A stretch of DNA of 64,000 bases from positions 160,001-224,000 of the forward strand of contig CAXXVS010000003.1 of the NCBI GenBank assembly GCA_963674755.2, in the 5' to 3' direction. This document shows, piece after piece, positions 1-8,257 of this stretch (the stretch's first letter is position 1; every line of letters begins with the position of its first letter). The translations under genes were made by a program, and so were the position numbers. The DNA is from Desulfobacterales bacterium. Lineage in GTDB: Bacteria > Desulfobacterota > Desulfobacteria > Desulfobacterales > UBA5852. Under the pieces are notes generated by a model. It did not search any database and was not told the DNA's origin. It saw only the letters and a list, made by a program, of their open reading frames with translations.

Positions 1-15
1 ACACCTTCACGAATG

Positions 16-174
16 CTACCGGTTGCGCTTGTCTCGGACGCCCAGGAATATGCTTGCCGAGATACTTTCGAGGATCTTGGCACGAATCTGGATGATCAGG
101 CAAAGGATGCAAACAATTAGGCTGACGATGAAAACCGCCTCATAGATCAAGTGGGAATGGTCGATTCCGAACAT
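16..174 (-). CDS. putative small membrane protein (52 aa, MFGIDHSHLIYEAVFIVSLIVCILCLIIQIRAK...)
   Basis: Read manually: ATG at 174 preceded by AAAGGGGTG (SD-like), one hydrophobic stretch, TAG at 16-18. Below the ORF-track cutoff. Confidence 0.45.
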   Translation of the reverse strand: MFGIDHSHLIYEAVFIVSLIVCILCLIIQIRAKILESISASIFLGVRDKRNR

Positions 175-555
175 AGAGAAACACCCCTTTCAAAGGTTTT
201 CGAAAGCCCCGTTGCAGGGCTGCGGGATGCCGGCTTTGAGGGGGTTGCTGGCTTGCTATTCCACGATCAGGGCGCATGTCCTTCGCCCTGCGTAGGTCCG
301 GTTCATAAGGTCGGGACGGCCTGGGTTTGACATATATGCATCCGGCGAGCGTCGCGCGAGGGCTCGAACCGATGGCGTCCTCGGGCGATCCCTTGGACCG
401 GTAATTGCGTCATACTTGCAATGTGTTGGGACGCAGATAACTCTTATCGGCAGGCGGCTGTAAAGTCAATGCCTGAACATCGCCATGCGGCACCGCAACC
501 CGATATTCTCAAAAGCTCGTAGCGAAGCCTGCCTGGCGGCAACGATCGATACCGA

Positions 556-584
556 TTGACAACGCCCTACAGCAGGTGTATTGT
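556..584 (+). promoter_or_regulatory. sigma70-type promoter of the DEAD-box helicase gene
   Basis: TTGACA (556-561), 17 nt spacer, TATTGT (579-584). Confidence 0.65.
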
Positions 585-629
585 CCATCATCTTTAACCG
601 CTGTTCCTGGAAACAAACGACATCATCGT

Positions 630-660
630 AAAGCTCCGGAATGCATCCGGGGCTTTTTGT
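630..660 (+). terminator. intrinsic-terminator-like hairpin inside the helicase 5' leader (candidate attenuator)
   Basis: AAAGCTCCGGA-ATGCA-TCCGGGGCTTT followed by TTGT, between the promoter and the start codon. Confidence 0.55.
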
Positions 661-728
661 ATTTGGAAGCCCGCACAAAATTTTTGCGTAGGCTTCTGTG
701 CGGAACGCGAAAACCAAAGGAAATCTTT

Positions 729-2027
729 TTGAACACATTTGACACATTTGCCCTTCACCCCCGTGTGGTCTCCGGCATTACCGCCGCCGGCTACACCACC
801 CCCACCCCCATCCAGGCCGAAGCCATTCCCACGGTCATGGAAGGCCGCGACGTCATGGGCCTGGCCCAGACCGGCACCGGCAAGACTGCAGCTTTCGTGC
901 TGCCCATTTTAAACCGCCTGATGGACGGCCCCAAGGGGACCCTGCGGGCCCTCGTTGTGGCCCCTACGCGCGAGCTGGCCGAGCAGATCCACGAGGCCAT
1001 CGGCGTGCTGGCCCGCAAGACCGGGCTCAAAAGCGCCACGGCCTATGGCGGGGTGAGCATCAACCCCCAGATCAACCGCTTCCGGCAGGGCATCGATATC
1101 CTGGTGGCCTGCCCCGGACGCTTGCTGGACCATATCGACCGGAAAACCGTACGCTTGAAAAAGCTTGAAGTCCTGGTGCTGGACGAGGCCGACATGATGT
1201 TCGACATGGGTTTTCTCCCGGACATCCGGCGCATCATCGCCCAAGTGCCCAAGGAGCGCCAGACCCTGCTTTTTTCGGCCACCATGCCCCCGGAAATCCG
1301 GCGGCTGGCCAAAGAGACCCTCACCCGGCCGGTCACGGTCCAGGTGGGACGCACGGCCCCGGCGGAGACTGTCAGCCACGCCCTCTACCCGGTGGAGCAA
1401 CACCTCAAGACCGCCATCCTGCTGAAACTGTTGAACCGCACGGACGGCGGATCGGTGCTGATCTTCACCCGCACCAAACACCGCGCCAAGAGCCTGGGGG
1501 CCAAGCTGGACAAGGCCGGCTACCGCTCCGCTTCGCTGCAGGGCAACCTGTCCCAGAACCGGCGCAAGGCCGCCCTGGACGGTTTCCGGGAAGGCGCCTT
1601 CCAAATCCTGGTGGCCACCGACATCGCCGCCCGGGGCATCGACGTGACCCGGATCTCCCATGTGATCAACTATGACATCCCCAATACGCCCGAAGCCTAT
1701 ATCCACCGCATCGGCCGCACCGGCCGGGCCGCCCGCACCGGGGACGCCTTCACCCTGGCCACCCAGGAAGACCATGGCATGGTGCGCAGCATCGAGCGCC
1801 TCCTGGGAAGCCCCCTGGAGCGACGCCGGCTGGAGGATTTCGACTACCAGGCACCGGCTCCCAAGCAGGACAGAGAATTCGCCCGTCCCCCACGCCCGGC
1901 CGGCCGCAACCAACGCCCTGCCGGAGCCGCTAAAGGCCGCCGAACCTGGCCCCAGCGCAAATCATCCGCGCCTTCCACGGCCAACCGCCGTTCGCAAACG
2001 CGACGCCGAGCTTCCGCGGCTGCATAA
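729..2027 (+). CDS. rhlE: DEAD-box ATP-dependent RNA helicase, RhlE-like
   Basis: Q motif GYTTPTPIQ, AQTGTGKT, PTRELA, DEAD, SAT, HRIGRTGRA and a basic C-terminal tail. TTG start at 729 after an AAGGAA SD; the ORF-track start at 576 is too long. Confidence 0.9.
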   Translation: MNTFDTFALHPRVVSGITAAGYTTPTPIQAEAIPTVMEGRDVMGLAQTGTGKTAAFVLPILNRLMDGPKGTLRALVVAPTRELAEQIHEAIGVLARKTGLKSATAYGGVSINPQINRFRQGIDILVACPGRLLDHIDRKTVRLKKLEVLVLDEADMMFDMGFLPDIRRIIAQVPKERQTLLFSATMPPEIRRLAKETLTRPVTVQVGRTAPAETVSHALYPVEQHLKTAILLKLLNRTDGGSVLIFTRTKHRAKSLGAKLDKAGYRSASLQGNLSQNRRKAALDGFREGAFQILVATDIAARGIDVTRISHVINYDIPNTPEAYIHRIGRTGRAARTGDAFTLATQEDHGMVRSIERLLGSPLERRRLEDFDYQAPAPKQDREFARPPRPAGRNQRPAGAAKGRRTWPQRKSSAPSTANRRSQTRRRASAAA

Positions 2028-2059
2028 CAGCGTTTTTTGCCCCAAAATTTGATAAACGG

Positions 2060-2086
2060 AAGGGCGGTCCTCGGACCGCCCTTTTT
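2060..2086 (+). terminator. rho-independent terminator of rhlE
   Basis: AAGGGCGGTCC-TC-GGACCGCCCTTTTT. Confidence 0.85.
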
Positions 2087-2149
2087 CTATTGGGCGGGAT
2101 TGAATTCCTTACTCTAGTGCAGTGGGCTTCAGATACCCCTTTAGGAAAG

Positions 2150-2397
2150 CTTTAAAATGGTTTTGCGTTTTTGATTTTCTGGTTTCCCATTGTCCCGCGC
2201 TGAGCATCGGCGATGCGGCCGGATTAAAGCGCGCGGACTGTCTGAACCCTGCTGAAAGCGGGGTGAGTTTCCGCGTGCTCCGGCCGTGTCGACGACGCGC
2301 AGGGCAGCCCCGAAGGGGCCGCGGGACACGGGCGTCTGAAGCCTGTCACGCCGAGGCGTGATTGGTTCGTTTTCTTCCACGTGGAAGAAAATGAACA
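2150..2397 (+). repeat. palindromic intergenic repeat family 1, copy A
   Basis: Core TTGTCCCGCGC(T/C)GAGCATC...GCGCAG...GCGGGACAC...GAAGCCTGTCACGCCGAGGCGTGATTGGTT...TTTTCTTCCACGTGGAAGAAAA is shared with copies at about 3.7, 5.1, 6.7, 24.8 and 34.9 kb. Confidence 0.85.
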
Positions 2398-2425
2398 AAG
2401 GGAAAAATAAGGTTTTGTTCAAATT

Positions 2426-2456
2426 AAAAAGGGGCGGTCATCAGACCGCCCTTTTT
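2426..2456 (+). terminator. second terminator hairpin, near-copy of 2060-2086
   Basis: AAAAAGGGGCGGTC-ATCA-GACCGCCCTTTTT; A and T tails on both sides suggest it is bidirectional. Confidence 0.75.
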
Positions 2457-2606
2457 ATGTTGTTCTGAAATTCACCAAAGAAACTCCGTCGACCAATTGC
2501 CCAACCCAGCCATCACCCGCCTGATAGCCTCCTCCATGAATAGATAACACCTGAGACGGTGCGCTCTTGTCTGAAAAATCCCCTTGTGCGAACAGGGCCT
2601 GCCATG

Positions 2607-2626
2607 TTATGGGCATAAGTTCATAA
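2607..2626. promoter_or_regulatory. imperfect palindrome, candidate operator of the NifU/CGGC operon
   Basis: TTATGGGCATAAGTTCATAA, self-complementary at 14 of 20 positions, about 150 nt upstream of the start. Confidence 0.45.
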
Positions 2627-2774
2627 TAGTAAATTTTGGCACCCTGGGGAAGGCCGCTTCCGGGCCCTTTTCAAACACGGCGCGAAAGGTCTTCATTTCT
2701 CCACCATGAGCCGGCCCGAACCGCTCACGCCATTATCGCCAACCTGGATAAGAGGGGGGTTAGCGAAAACGAAC

Positions 2775-3230
2775 ATGAATAATTTCGATCAGTTTATGAA
2801 CGACTTGCAGGAACGGATTTTCGACGAGGCCCGGGAGGCCTATGGGGAGAAGGGGTTTAACCGTTGGCGCAACCCCCGGTTCAACGGCCGGATGGAATCG
2901 GCCGACAGTTTCGCCCGTGTCACCGGCGATTGCGGCGACAGCATCGAAATCTATTTGCAAATCGAGGACCACCGGATCACGGACGCCTCCTATTTTACGG
3001 ACGGATGCGGCTCCAGCAACATCTGCGGCTCGTTTGCCGCCGAACTGGCCATCGGCAAGGATCTGGACGCGGTCGCCGATATCGACGGCGAGGCGGTCTT
3101 AAACGCCATCGGACGGCTTCCTTCGGATGACCGGCACTGCGCGGATCTGGCCGCCGCCGCCCTGCAGGAGGCCCTGAGCCGATATATGCAGCGCTGGGTT
3201 TCAGGTGAACGCCTCCCCACTGAACCCTAA
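2775..3230 (+). CDS. IscU/NifU N-terminal-like Fe-S cluster scaffold protein
   Basis: RNPRFNG, GDCGD, TDGCGSS and RHCA conserved Cys pattern. Start taken at ATG 2775. Confidence 0.85.
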   Translation: MNNFDQFMNDLQERIFDEAREAYGEKGFNRWRNPRFNGRMESADSFARVTGDCGDSIEIYLQIEDHRITDASYFTDGCGSSNICGSFAAELAIGKDLDAVADIDGEAVLNAIGRLPSDDRHCADLAAAALQEALSRYMQRWVSGERLPTEP

Positions 3231-3251
3231 CCGATGGGAGAGGAGCGCAAA

Positions 3252-3629
3252 ATGACCAAAATCGCCATTATCCGTTGTGAAAAGAACGTGGAACGATGCC
3301 CCTTGACGGGCTGCTTCAAGTGCCTGACGGCAGCCACGGAAGGGTTTGCCGGATATCAGGCGGCGGTGCCCGCCGGAGTGTTCACCTGCCGCTGCCCAGG
3401 AGACAACGTGGCGGACCTGGGCAAGATCCTGAAAGCCAAGGGGGCCGAAGCTATCCATTTCTGCACCTGCACGTTTGCCGGCAAAACCGAAAACGGTTGG
3501 GAAATCGCAAAAGGCGGCTTCTGCGACCAGGTCGACGCGCTGATGGAGCAGGTTCATCAGGCAACGGGGCTTGCCTGTGTAAAAGGGACCGCCCATCTGC
3601 CGAAAGATTATATCCCGGTAAGGCTGTAA
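3252..3629 (+). CDS. CGGC-domain Cys-rich metal-binding protein
   Basis: KIAIIRC, CPLTGCFKC, FTCRCPG, AIHFCTC and C-terminal GTAH. GAGGAG SD. Confidence 0.8.
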   Translation: MTKIAIIRCEKNVERCPLTGCFKCLTAATEGFAGYQAAVPAGVFTCRCPGDNVADLGKILKAKGAEAIHFCTCTFAGKTENGWEIAKGGFCDQVDALMEQVHQATGLACVKGTAHLPKDYIPVRL

Positions 3630-3853
3630 AGAGCTGCGGCTAAGCAGCGCCTCAGACAGCCCTCTTGAAGGAAGCTTGAATTCGGATTTACAATTTTTGG
3701 TGTTTGCTGTCCCTTTGTCCCGCGCCGAGCATCCCGTCTGCAGGCGAAAAAGACGCGGCGACTGCCTGTCCGCCGAAGGCTTGCCGCAGGCGGGTTTGAG
3801 CCCCGCCGTAGCCTTGGCGAAGGCCGGGCGAGTTCCGGCGCGTCCGACTGCAT

Positions 3854-4047
3854 CAACCGGTCGATGCAGCAAGCATCATGTTGTCAGACAAGGCGTCATG
3901 CGAAGTGAGGCGCGCAGTCCCGCCGACGGCGGGATGAGCACCCGAGCGAGTTTGGGACTCACCGAAATATGTAAATGCAGATGAGAACTCCCGCAACGCG
4001 GGACAACGCCGCATGGCGGCATGAGGCGCCGCTGCATCGGCCGGTTG
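3854..4047. mobile_element. MITE-like element with 17-bp terminal inverted repeats resembling IS30-family ends
   Basis: CAACCGGTCGATGCAGC (3854-3870) and GCTGCATCGGCCGGTTG (4031-4047), one mismatch. Absent from the other family 1 copies. Confidence 0.55.
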
Positions 4048-4123
4048 GGCGACGCGCAGGGCAAAGCACGGGACATGAGCGTCTGAAGCCTGTCACGCCA
4101 AGGCGTGATTGGTTCCTTTTCTT

Positions 4124-4247
4124 GACGCTTCCGTAAAAAGTCCGATATCGGCGTTACGCTTCGCCCCTCGTCTTTGCGGCGTACCAACGTACGCCTCTTT
4201 CCTCAGGGCTTGCAAGCCTTGGTCTCGAACTTTTTTCGCAACCGTCT
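4124..4247 (-). repeat. palindromic repeat family 2 (GGCGTAC..GTACGCC core) nested in copy B
   Basis: Reverse complement aligns with the unit at 42261-42385. Ends GACGCTTCCGTAAAAAGT / ACTTTTTTCGCAACCGTC. Confidence 0.75.
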
Positions 4248-4412
4248 ATAAGATGAGCTAATACGTGTCCATTTTTTCTTCCACGTGGAAGAAAATGAAC
4301 ACGCGCTGGGAAAAAATAAGAATTGTTCAAATGTGCTGATAGATGCGTTGGCAGAAGGACCGTACAGGGGGTAATGGAGGGAAGGTTTATCCAGGCAGGG
4401 CGTAAGGGTCCG

Positions 4413-4600
4413 TCAGGCCACACTGGGCATGATCTTGCGTGGAGCCGGAGCACCTCGCAAGAGTCCTTCGGCAGACAGATCTTCGTCGATGTCCGGCCAG
4501 TAGATGCCAAAACCGCCGCCGGCGAGCTTCCAGTTGCCGCGCTGCTCAGCGCTGGCGTGCAACAACCGTGGATACCAAGTCAACGGCGATATTGCCGGAA
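4413..4600 (-). pseudogene. 5'-truncated DUF2442-family (toxin-antitoxin-associated) remnant
   Basis: ISPLTWYPRLLHASAEQRGNWKLAGGGFGIYWPDIDEDLSAEGLLRG matches the C-terminal two-thirds of DUF2442. No credible start; overlaps the upstream gene's stop. Confidence 0.65.
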
Positions 4601-4885
4601 TCCTGCCAGAACCCAGTAGGCCCCCCAGCCCACGAGCACCGGCGCCGCACCGACCGCGACGAACAAAAGCTGGTTTCCCTGCCAGGGCTGCAGCCACAGG
4701 GCCGCGGCCGCCGGCCAGATCACCGAAGCCAGGATGGCCAGGCGCAATCGGCCCGAGAGGCGTTTGACCAGGGGACGGGGCGGGGCTTTGCGCACCGGGG
4801 GTGCCGGGCGGGACACCATGCGGGGAAGAAAGAACAGCACGATCACAATGATGAGTATCAGCAGTATTTCAGAGAGTCCGGACAA
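4580..4885 (-). CDS. small membrane protein (TatA-like N-terminal helix plus two further TM helices)
   Basis: MSGLSEILLILIIVIVLFFLPRM; TTG start after a GGGAGA SD. Confidence 0.7.
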   Translation of the reverse strand: MSGLSEILLILIIVIVLFFLPRMVSRPAPPVRKAPPRPLVKRLSGRLRLAILASVIWPAAAALWLQPWQGNQLLFVAVGAAPVLVGWGAYWVLAGFRQYRR

Positions 4886-5104
4886 TCAAATCTCCCGTTA
4901 CATTTATCCGCTCAGTGTCCGTCCATAAATGGTAGTTTTTGGTTCCTGGCAAGGCCCGAGCGCGTTTTCCCGCTTCGTGGGATGCCCCGTCTGATCTATT
5001 TCCTACCGGTGAGTGTCAACCGGGAAAATAGCCCTATATTCCGAGAATTGAAAACAAGCAGGAAGCCTCAGGTAACGCCCTCGAAGGGGCCTTGAAAACG
5101 CTGT

Positions 5105-5348
5105 TTTTCGGCTTTGGCTTTTCAGGTTTCCCTTTGTCCCGCGCCGAGCATCCCGTCTGTGGGCGAAAAAGACGCGGCGACTGTCTGAGTCCGCCGTAGC
5201 GTGAGCGAAGGCGGGCGAGTTTCGGTGCGTCCGACCACGGACGGGACGCGCAGGGCAGCCCCGCAGGGGCCGCGGGACACGGGCGTCTGAAGCTTGTCAC
5301 GCCGAGGCGTGATTGGTTACTTTTCTGCCACGCGGAAGAAAAGTAACA
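5105..5348 (+). repeat. repeat family 1, copy C
   Basis: TTGTCCCGCGCCGAGCATC at 5134 through TTTTCTGCCACGCGGAAGAAAAGTAAC. Confidence 0.85.
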
Positions 5349-5447
5349 ACTGCAAAATACATCTGATCGGTAGAACCGCTCTGGAGCATCCAGCACCAAC
5401 CGACCTTATCCCAAGGCGGGGGAAACCTCAACCCCCGGAACCGCCCC

Positions 5448-6380
5448 TCAGCCGCCCGGTCCCTCGAACGCCATGGCCACCCACTCCTCTTTTAAAAAGG
5501 TTTTGGCCAGGCGAAACCCCAGCGCCCCGGCCCGGGAGGCCACCGCTTCCTGCTGGCTATGGAGAATGCCCGAGCAGATGAATATGCCGCCCGGTACCAA
5601 CACCTCCGGCACATGGGGCAGCAGGGTGAGGACCACCTCCGCCAGGATATTGGCCACCACCAGATCGTAGCGCTCGGCCACGCCGCCCAGCAAATCACCC
5701 TGCCAGACCCGGCAGCGGTCCGCCGGCACGGCATTGAGGATCAGGTTCTGGCGGGCCACGATCACCGCCACCGGGTCGTTGTCGATCCCGTGCACGGCGG
5801 CGGCGCCCAGCAGAGCGGCGGCCGTCATGAGGATGCCCGAACCCGTGCCGATATCCAGCAGACGATCTTCCGGTTTGAGGTAGATTTCCAGCAGTTGGAG
5901 GCACTGGGCGGTGGTGGGGTGGGCGCCGGTCCCGAACGCCATCCCCGGATCGATTTCCAGCACAAGTTCGTCGTCCGTGGGGTGATAGTCCCGCCAGGTG
6001 GGTTTGACCACGATGCGCCCGGAAACTTTTTCCGGCCAGAAAAAGGCTTTCCAGGATTCAGCCCAGTCCTCTTCGTCCACGGCCCGGTAGAAGACCCGGT
6101 GCTGCATCTGCAGCGGCCCGTCCAATGCCTTCAGGGCCGCTTCGAACTGCCCGCGCTGGTCCTGGTCGAAGACCGTCGCCGGGAAATAGCCGCTCACGGC
6201 ATGCACGGTGGGGCGCACCTCGTCTTCCAGAATCACGTCCGTGCCGGGCGGCGGTTCCACGTCGGGGTCGTCCACCACCACCCCCTTGACCCCGTACCGG
6301 TAGAAGACGTCCGCGATCAGCTCTTCGGCCGCGGCATTCTGGCCGGTGTCAAAATCGATCTTGGCTTCGATCCATTCCAT
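5448..6380 (-). CDS. prmA: ribosomal protein L11 methyltransferase
   Basis: EEDWAESWKAFF, IDPGMAFGTGAHPTT, LDIGTGSGIL, VANILA. Start MEWIEAKI at 6380. Confidence 0.95.
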   Translation of the reverse strand: MEWIEAKIDFDTGQNAAAEELIADVFYRYGVKGVVVDDPDVEPPPGTDVILEDEVRPTVHAVSGYFPATVFDQDQRGQFEAALKALDGPLQMQHRVFYRAVDEEDWAESWKAFFWPEKVSGRIVVKPTWRDYHPTDDELVLEIDPGMAFGTGAHPTTAQCLQLLEIYLKPEDRLLDIGTGSGILMTAAALLGAAAVHGIDNDPVAVIVARQNLILNAVPADRCRVWQGDLLGGVAERYDLVVANILAEVVLTLLPHVPEVLVPGGIFICSGILHSQQEAVASRAGALGFRLAKTFLKEEWVAMAFEGPGG

Positions 6381-6402
6381 ACGGTACGCTCCTGCGCGTG
6401 AT

Positions 6403-6537
6403 GTGTCACAGGCGGCATCTTGCATCCCCCGGCGGCGTTCTCACCACATCGTTCGTCCTCGACGTAGCTTAGCTACGCCTGCGGCGCACGATGGGCTGCG
6501 GCCTTGCCGGGGAACGCAATCTACCGCCTGTAGAAAA
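6403..6537 (-). repeat. palindromic repeat family 3 (GGCGTAGC..GCTACG core)
   Basis: Reverse complement GGCAAGGCCGCAG...CAGGCGTAGCTAAGCTACGTCGAGGA...GAGAACGCC aligns with 25131-25325 and 51742-51880. Confidence 0.75.
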
Positions 6538-6644
6538 TCACAAATAGATCTTGATTTAAATTGTCTTTAGCAGCTTCTTAGTGAAACTCTTTCCCCACAA
6601 AATGAGAGGCTTTAGCAATCTCTCAAATGGAGAGTCACGGTTTT

Positions 6645-6757
6645 AAGGTTTTGAAGTTTATCCCCTTTGTCCCGCGCCGAGCATCGACGATGCGGCCGGC
6701 AGGAAGAAGCGGGACACGGGCGTCTGAAGCCTGTCACGCCGAGGCGTGATTGGTTAC
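6645..6757 (+). repeat. repeat family 1, internally deleted copy D
   Basis: TTGTCCCGCGCCGAGCATC...GCGGGACACGGGCGTCTGAAGCCTGTCACGCCGAGGCGTGATTGGTTAC. Confidence 0.8.
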
Positions 6758-6835
6758 CGGGTTCAATAAACATGATCATCTTCATCTCGGAAGCAGATCA
6801 ATTGAAGCTAAGTGCTATGGCTTACAACCCCCACA

Positions 6836-8155
6836 TTATTTCAGAGAAGGGTTAAAGTACCCAAACTTCAACGCCGGAAATCTTTTTCTAATTTTCTTCA
6901 ACAACCTCGGCACCCCCATGGGCGCCCCCCCCGGCGCCGCCTCCTCCATCACCTGATAATACCGCAGGGGATCGTAGTTCAGGTTGCGCCACTGGATCAG
7001 GTGAATGGGATGCGCCTCGAGAAAAGCTTCCAGGGCCCGGTATTCCTCCGGCGTGTCCGTAAACCCCGGCAGGTTGAGGTAGTTGAGCGCCACGTGGCCT
7101 CCCCGGGCCAGGGCTTCATCCACGCTTTGGATCACGTTCTCGAAAGTGTAGCCCCGGGGGCGGAAATAGGCCTGGTAACCGTCTTTCCGCAGGCTGTTGA
7201 TGCTCACGCGCATGCTGTCCAGGCCGGCGTCAAAAAGCGCCGCCACCGTATCCGGCAGACTGGCGTTGGTATTGAGGTTGATGGTGCCCCGCTCGGTCTT
7301 CTCCCGGATCAGGCGGATGGCCGGTTCGATGGCTTCGGCCGCCAGCAGGGGATCGCCCTCGCAGCCCTGGCCAAAGCTCACCACCCCGTCCGGCACCCGC
7401 TCCAGGTGCGCCAGGGCGATTTCGGCAATCTCCTCCGGCGACGGCATAAAGGCGATGCGGTCCTGGCTGCAGGGAATCGGAGAGTCCTTTTGCAGGGACA
7501 GGCAGCCCAGGCAGCGGGCGTTGCAGCGGGGCGAGGTGGGCAGGGGCGCTTCGCAGCGGCCGATGAAGAAATTCTTGGCCGCCGGGCAGCCGTATTGCAA
7601 GGCGCATTTCTCCAGGTGCGTTCGCAGGCGATTGTCCGGCAGGGCGGCCTGGAAATGCCGCACCCCGCCCTGCACCTTGTCCAGGGGCATCAGGCGCAGG
7701 TCCTGGCGGCGCTCCCGGTCCACCTGCTGCACGGCCGTATAAAAGGTGCCGGCATGCCAGCCCACGGCCCCGTAGGAGAACAGCGGCAGGGCCTTGGCGG
7801 CTGCCGTCTCCTCATAGGCGCAAAGCCGAGTGATCACGTAGCCCGGGGAGTTGAAGGCCGCCACCGGAAACAGCGGCTCCCCGGGCGCGAAGGGGTTTTC
7901 CGCCAGGGTCACCAGCTCTCCGGTTTCCAGGTCCCAGACCACCGGCCGGCGGTCCGGCAGGTACATGAACTCGCTGCCATGGGGGATGCGCTGCGCCGTG
8001 CGGGTGGTCAGGGGCGTTAAGAGCGGCCCGTCCATGCCCACGGCGGCAAAACCTTCCAGGTCGATGATCTCTCCCTGGGCGGTGGCCACCAGGGCCGTCA
8101 AAAATTGTTCCGGGCGCCTGGCGGCGCCGCGCTGCTTGGGCCGGCGTTTGGTCAT
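6836..8155 (-). CDS. radical SAM protein of unknown function
   Basis: CNARCLGC motif, SFGQGCEGDP, NLNTNAS. Confidence 0.85.
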   Translation of the reverse strand: MTKRRPKQRGAARRPEQFLTALVATAQGEIIDLEGFAAVGMDGPLLTPLTTRTAQRIPHGSEFMYLPDRRPVVWDLETGELVTLAENPFAPGEPLFPVAAFNSPGYVITRLCAYEETAAAKALPLFSYGAVGWHAGTFYTAVQQVDRERRQDLRLMPLDKVQGGVRHFQAALPDNRLRTHLEKCALQYGCPAAKNFFIGRCEAPLPTSPRCNARCLGCLSLQKDSPIPCSQDRIAFMPSPEEIAEIALAHLERVPDGVVSFGQGCEGDPLLAAEAIEPAIRLIREKTERGTINLNTNASLPDTVAALFDAGLDSMRVSINSLRKDGYQAYFRPRGYTFENVIQSVDEALARGGHVALNYLNLPGFTDTPEEYRALEAFLEAHPIHLIQWRNLNYDPLRYYQVMEEAAPGGAPMGVPRLLKKIRKRFPALKFGYFNPSLK

Positions 8156-8257
8156 GTAAAAAATTGTCCTTTAAAAACCATAATAGTCACGAATAGGCGA
8201 GTAGGTAGTGAAAATCCGTTGAATTCTCAAGGGGAAAATGCCCGGCCGGCCAAAGCG

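Larger units (their letters stand above)
3690..4300 (+). repeat. repeat family 1, copy B, enlarged by nested insertions
   Basis: Same termini as copy A, interrupted at about 3853 and 4123 by other elements. Confidence 0.8.

Noticed and set aside
909..1913. Long antisense or alternate-frame ORFs (also 6812-8020, 22045-23406, 38525-40102, 40112-41908, 42349-44112, 46387-47766)
   Set aside because: Shadows of high-GC3 genes that carry clear family motifs on the other strand or frame.
2122..2422. ORFs within repeats (also 3676-4187, 5034-5399, 24823-25345, 34679-34993, 42058-42334)
   Set aside because: They are translations of palindromic repeats; shared peptides such as PVTPRRD come from repeat DNA.
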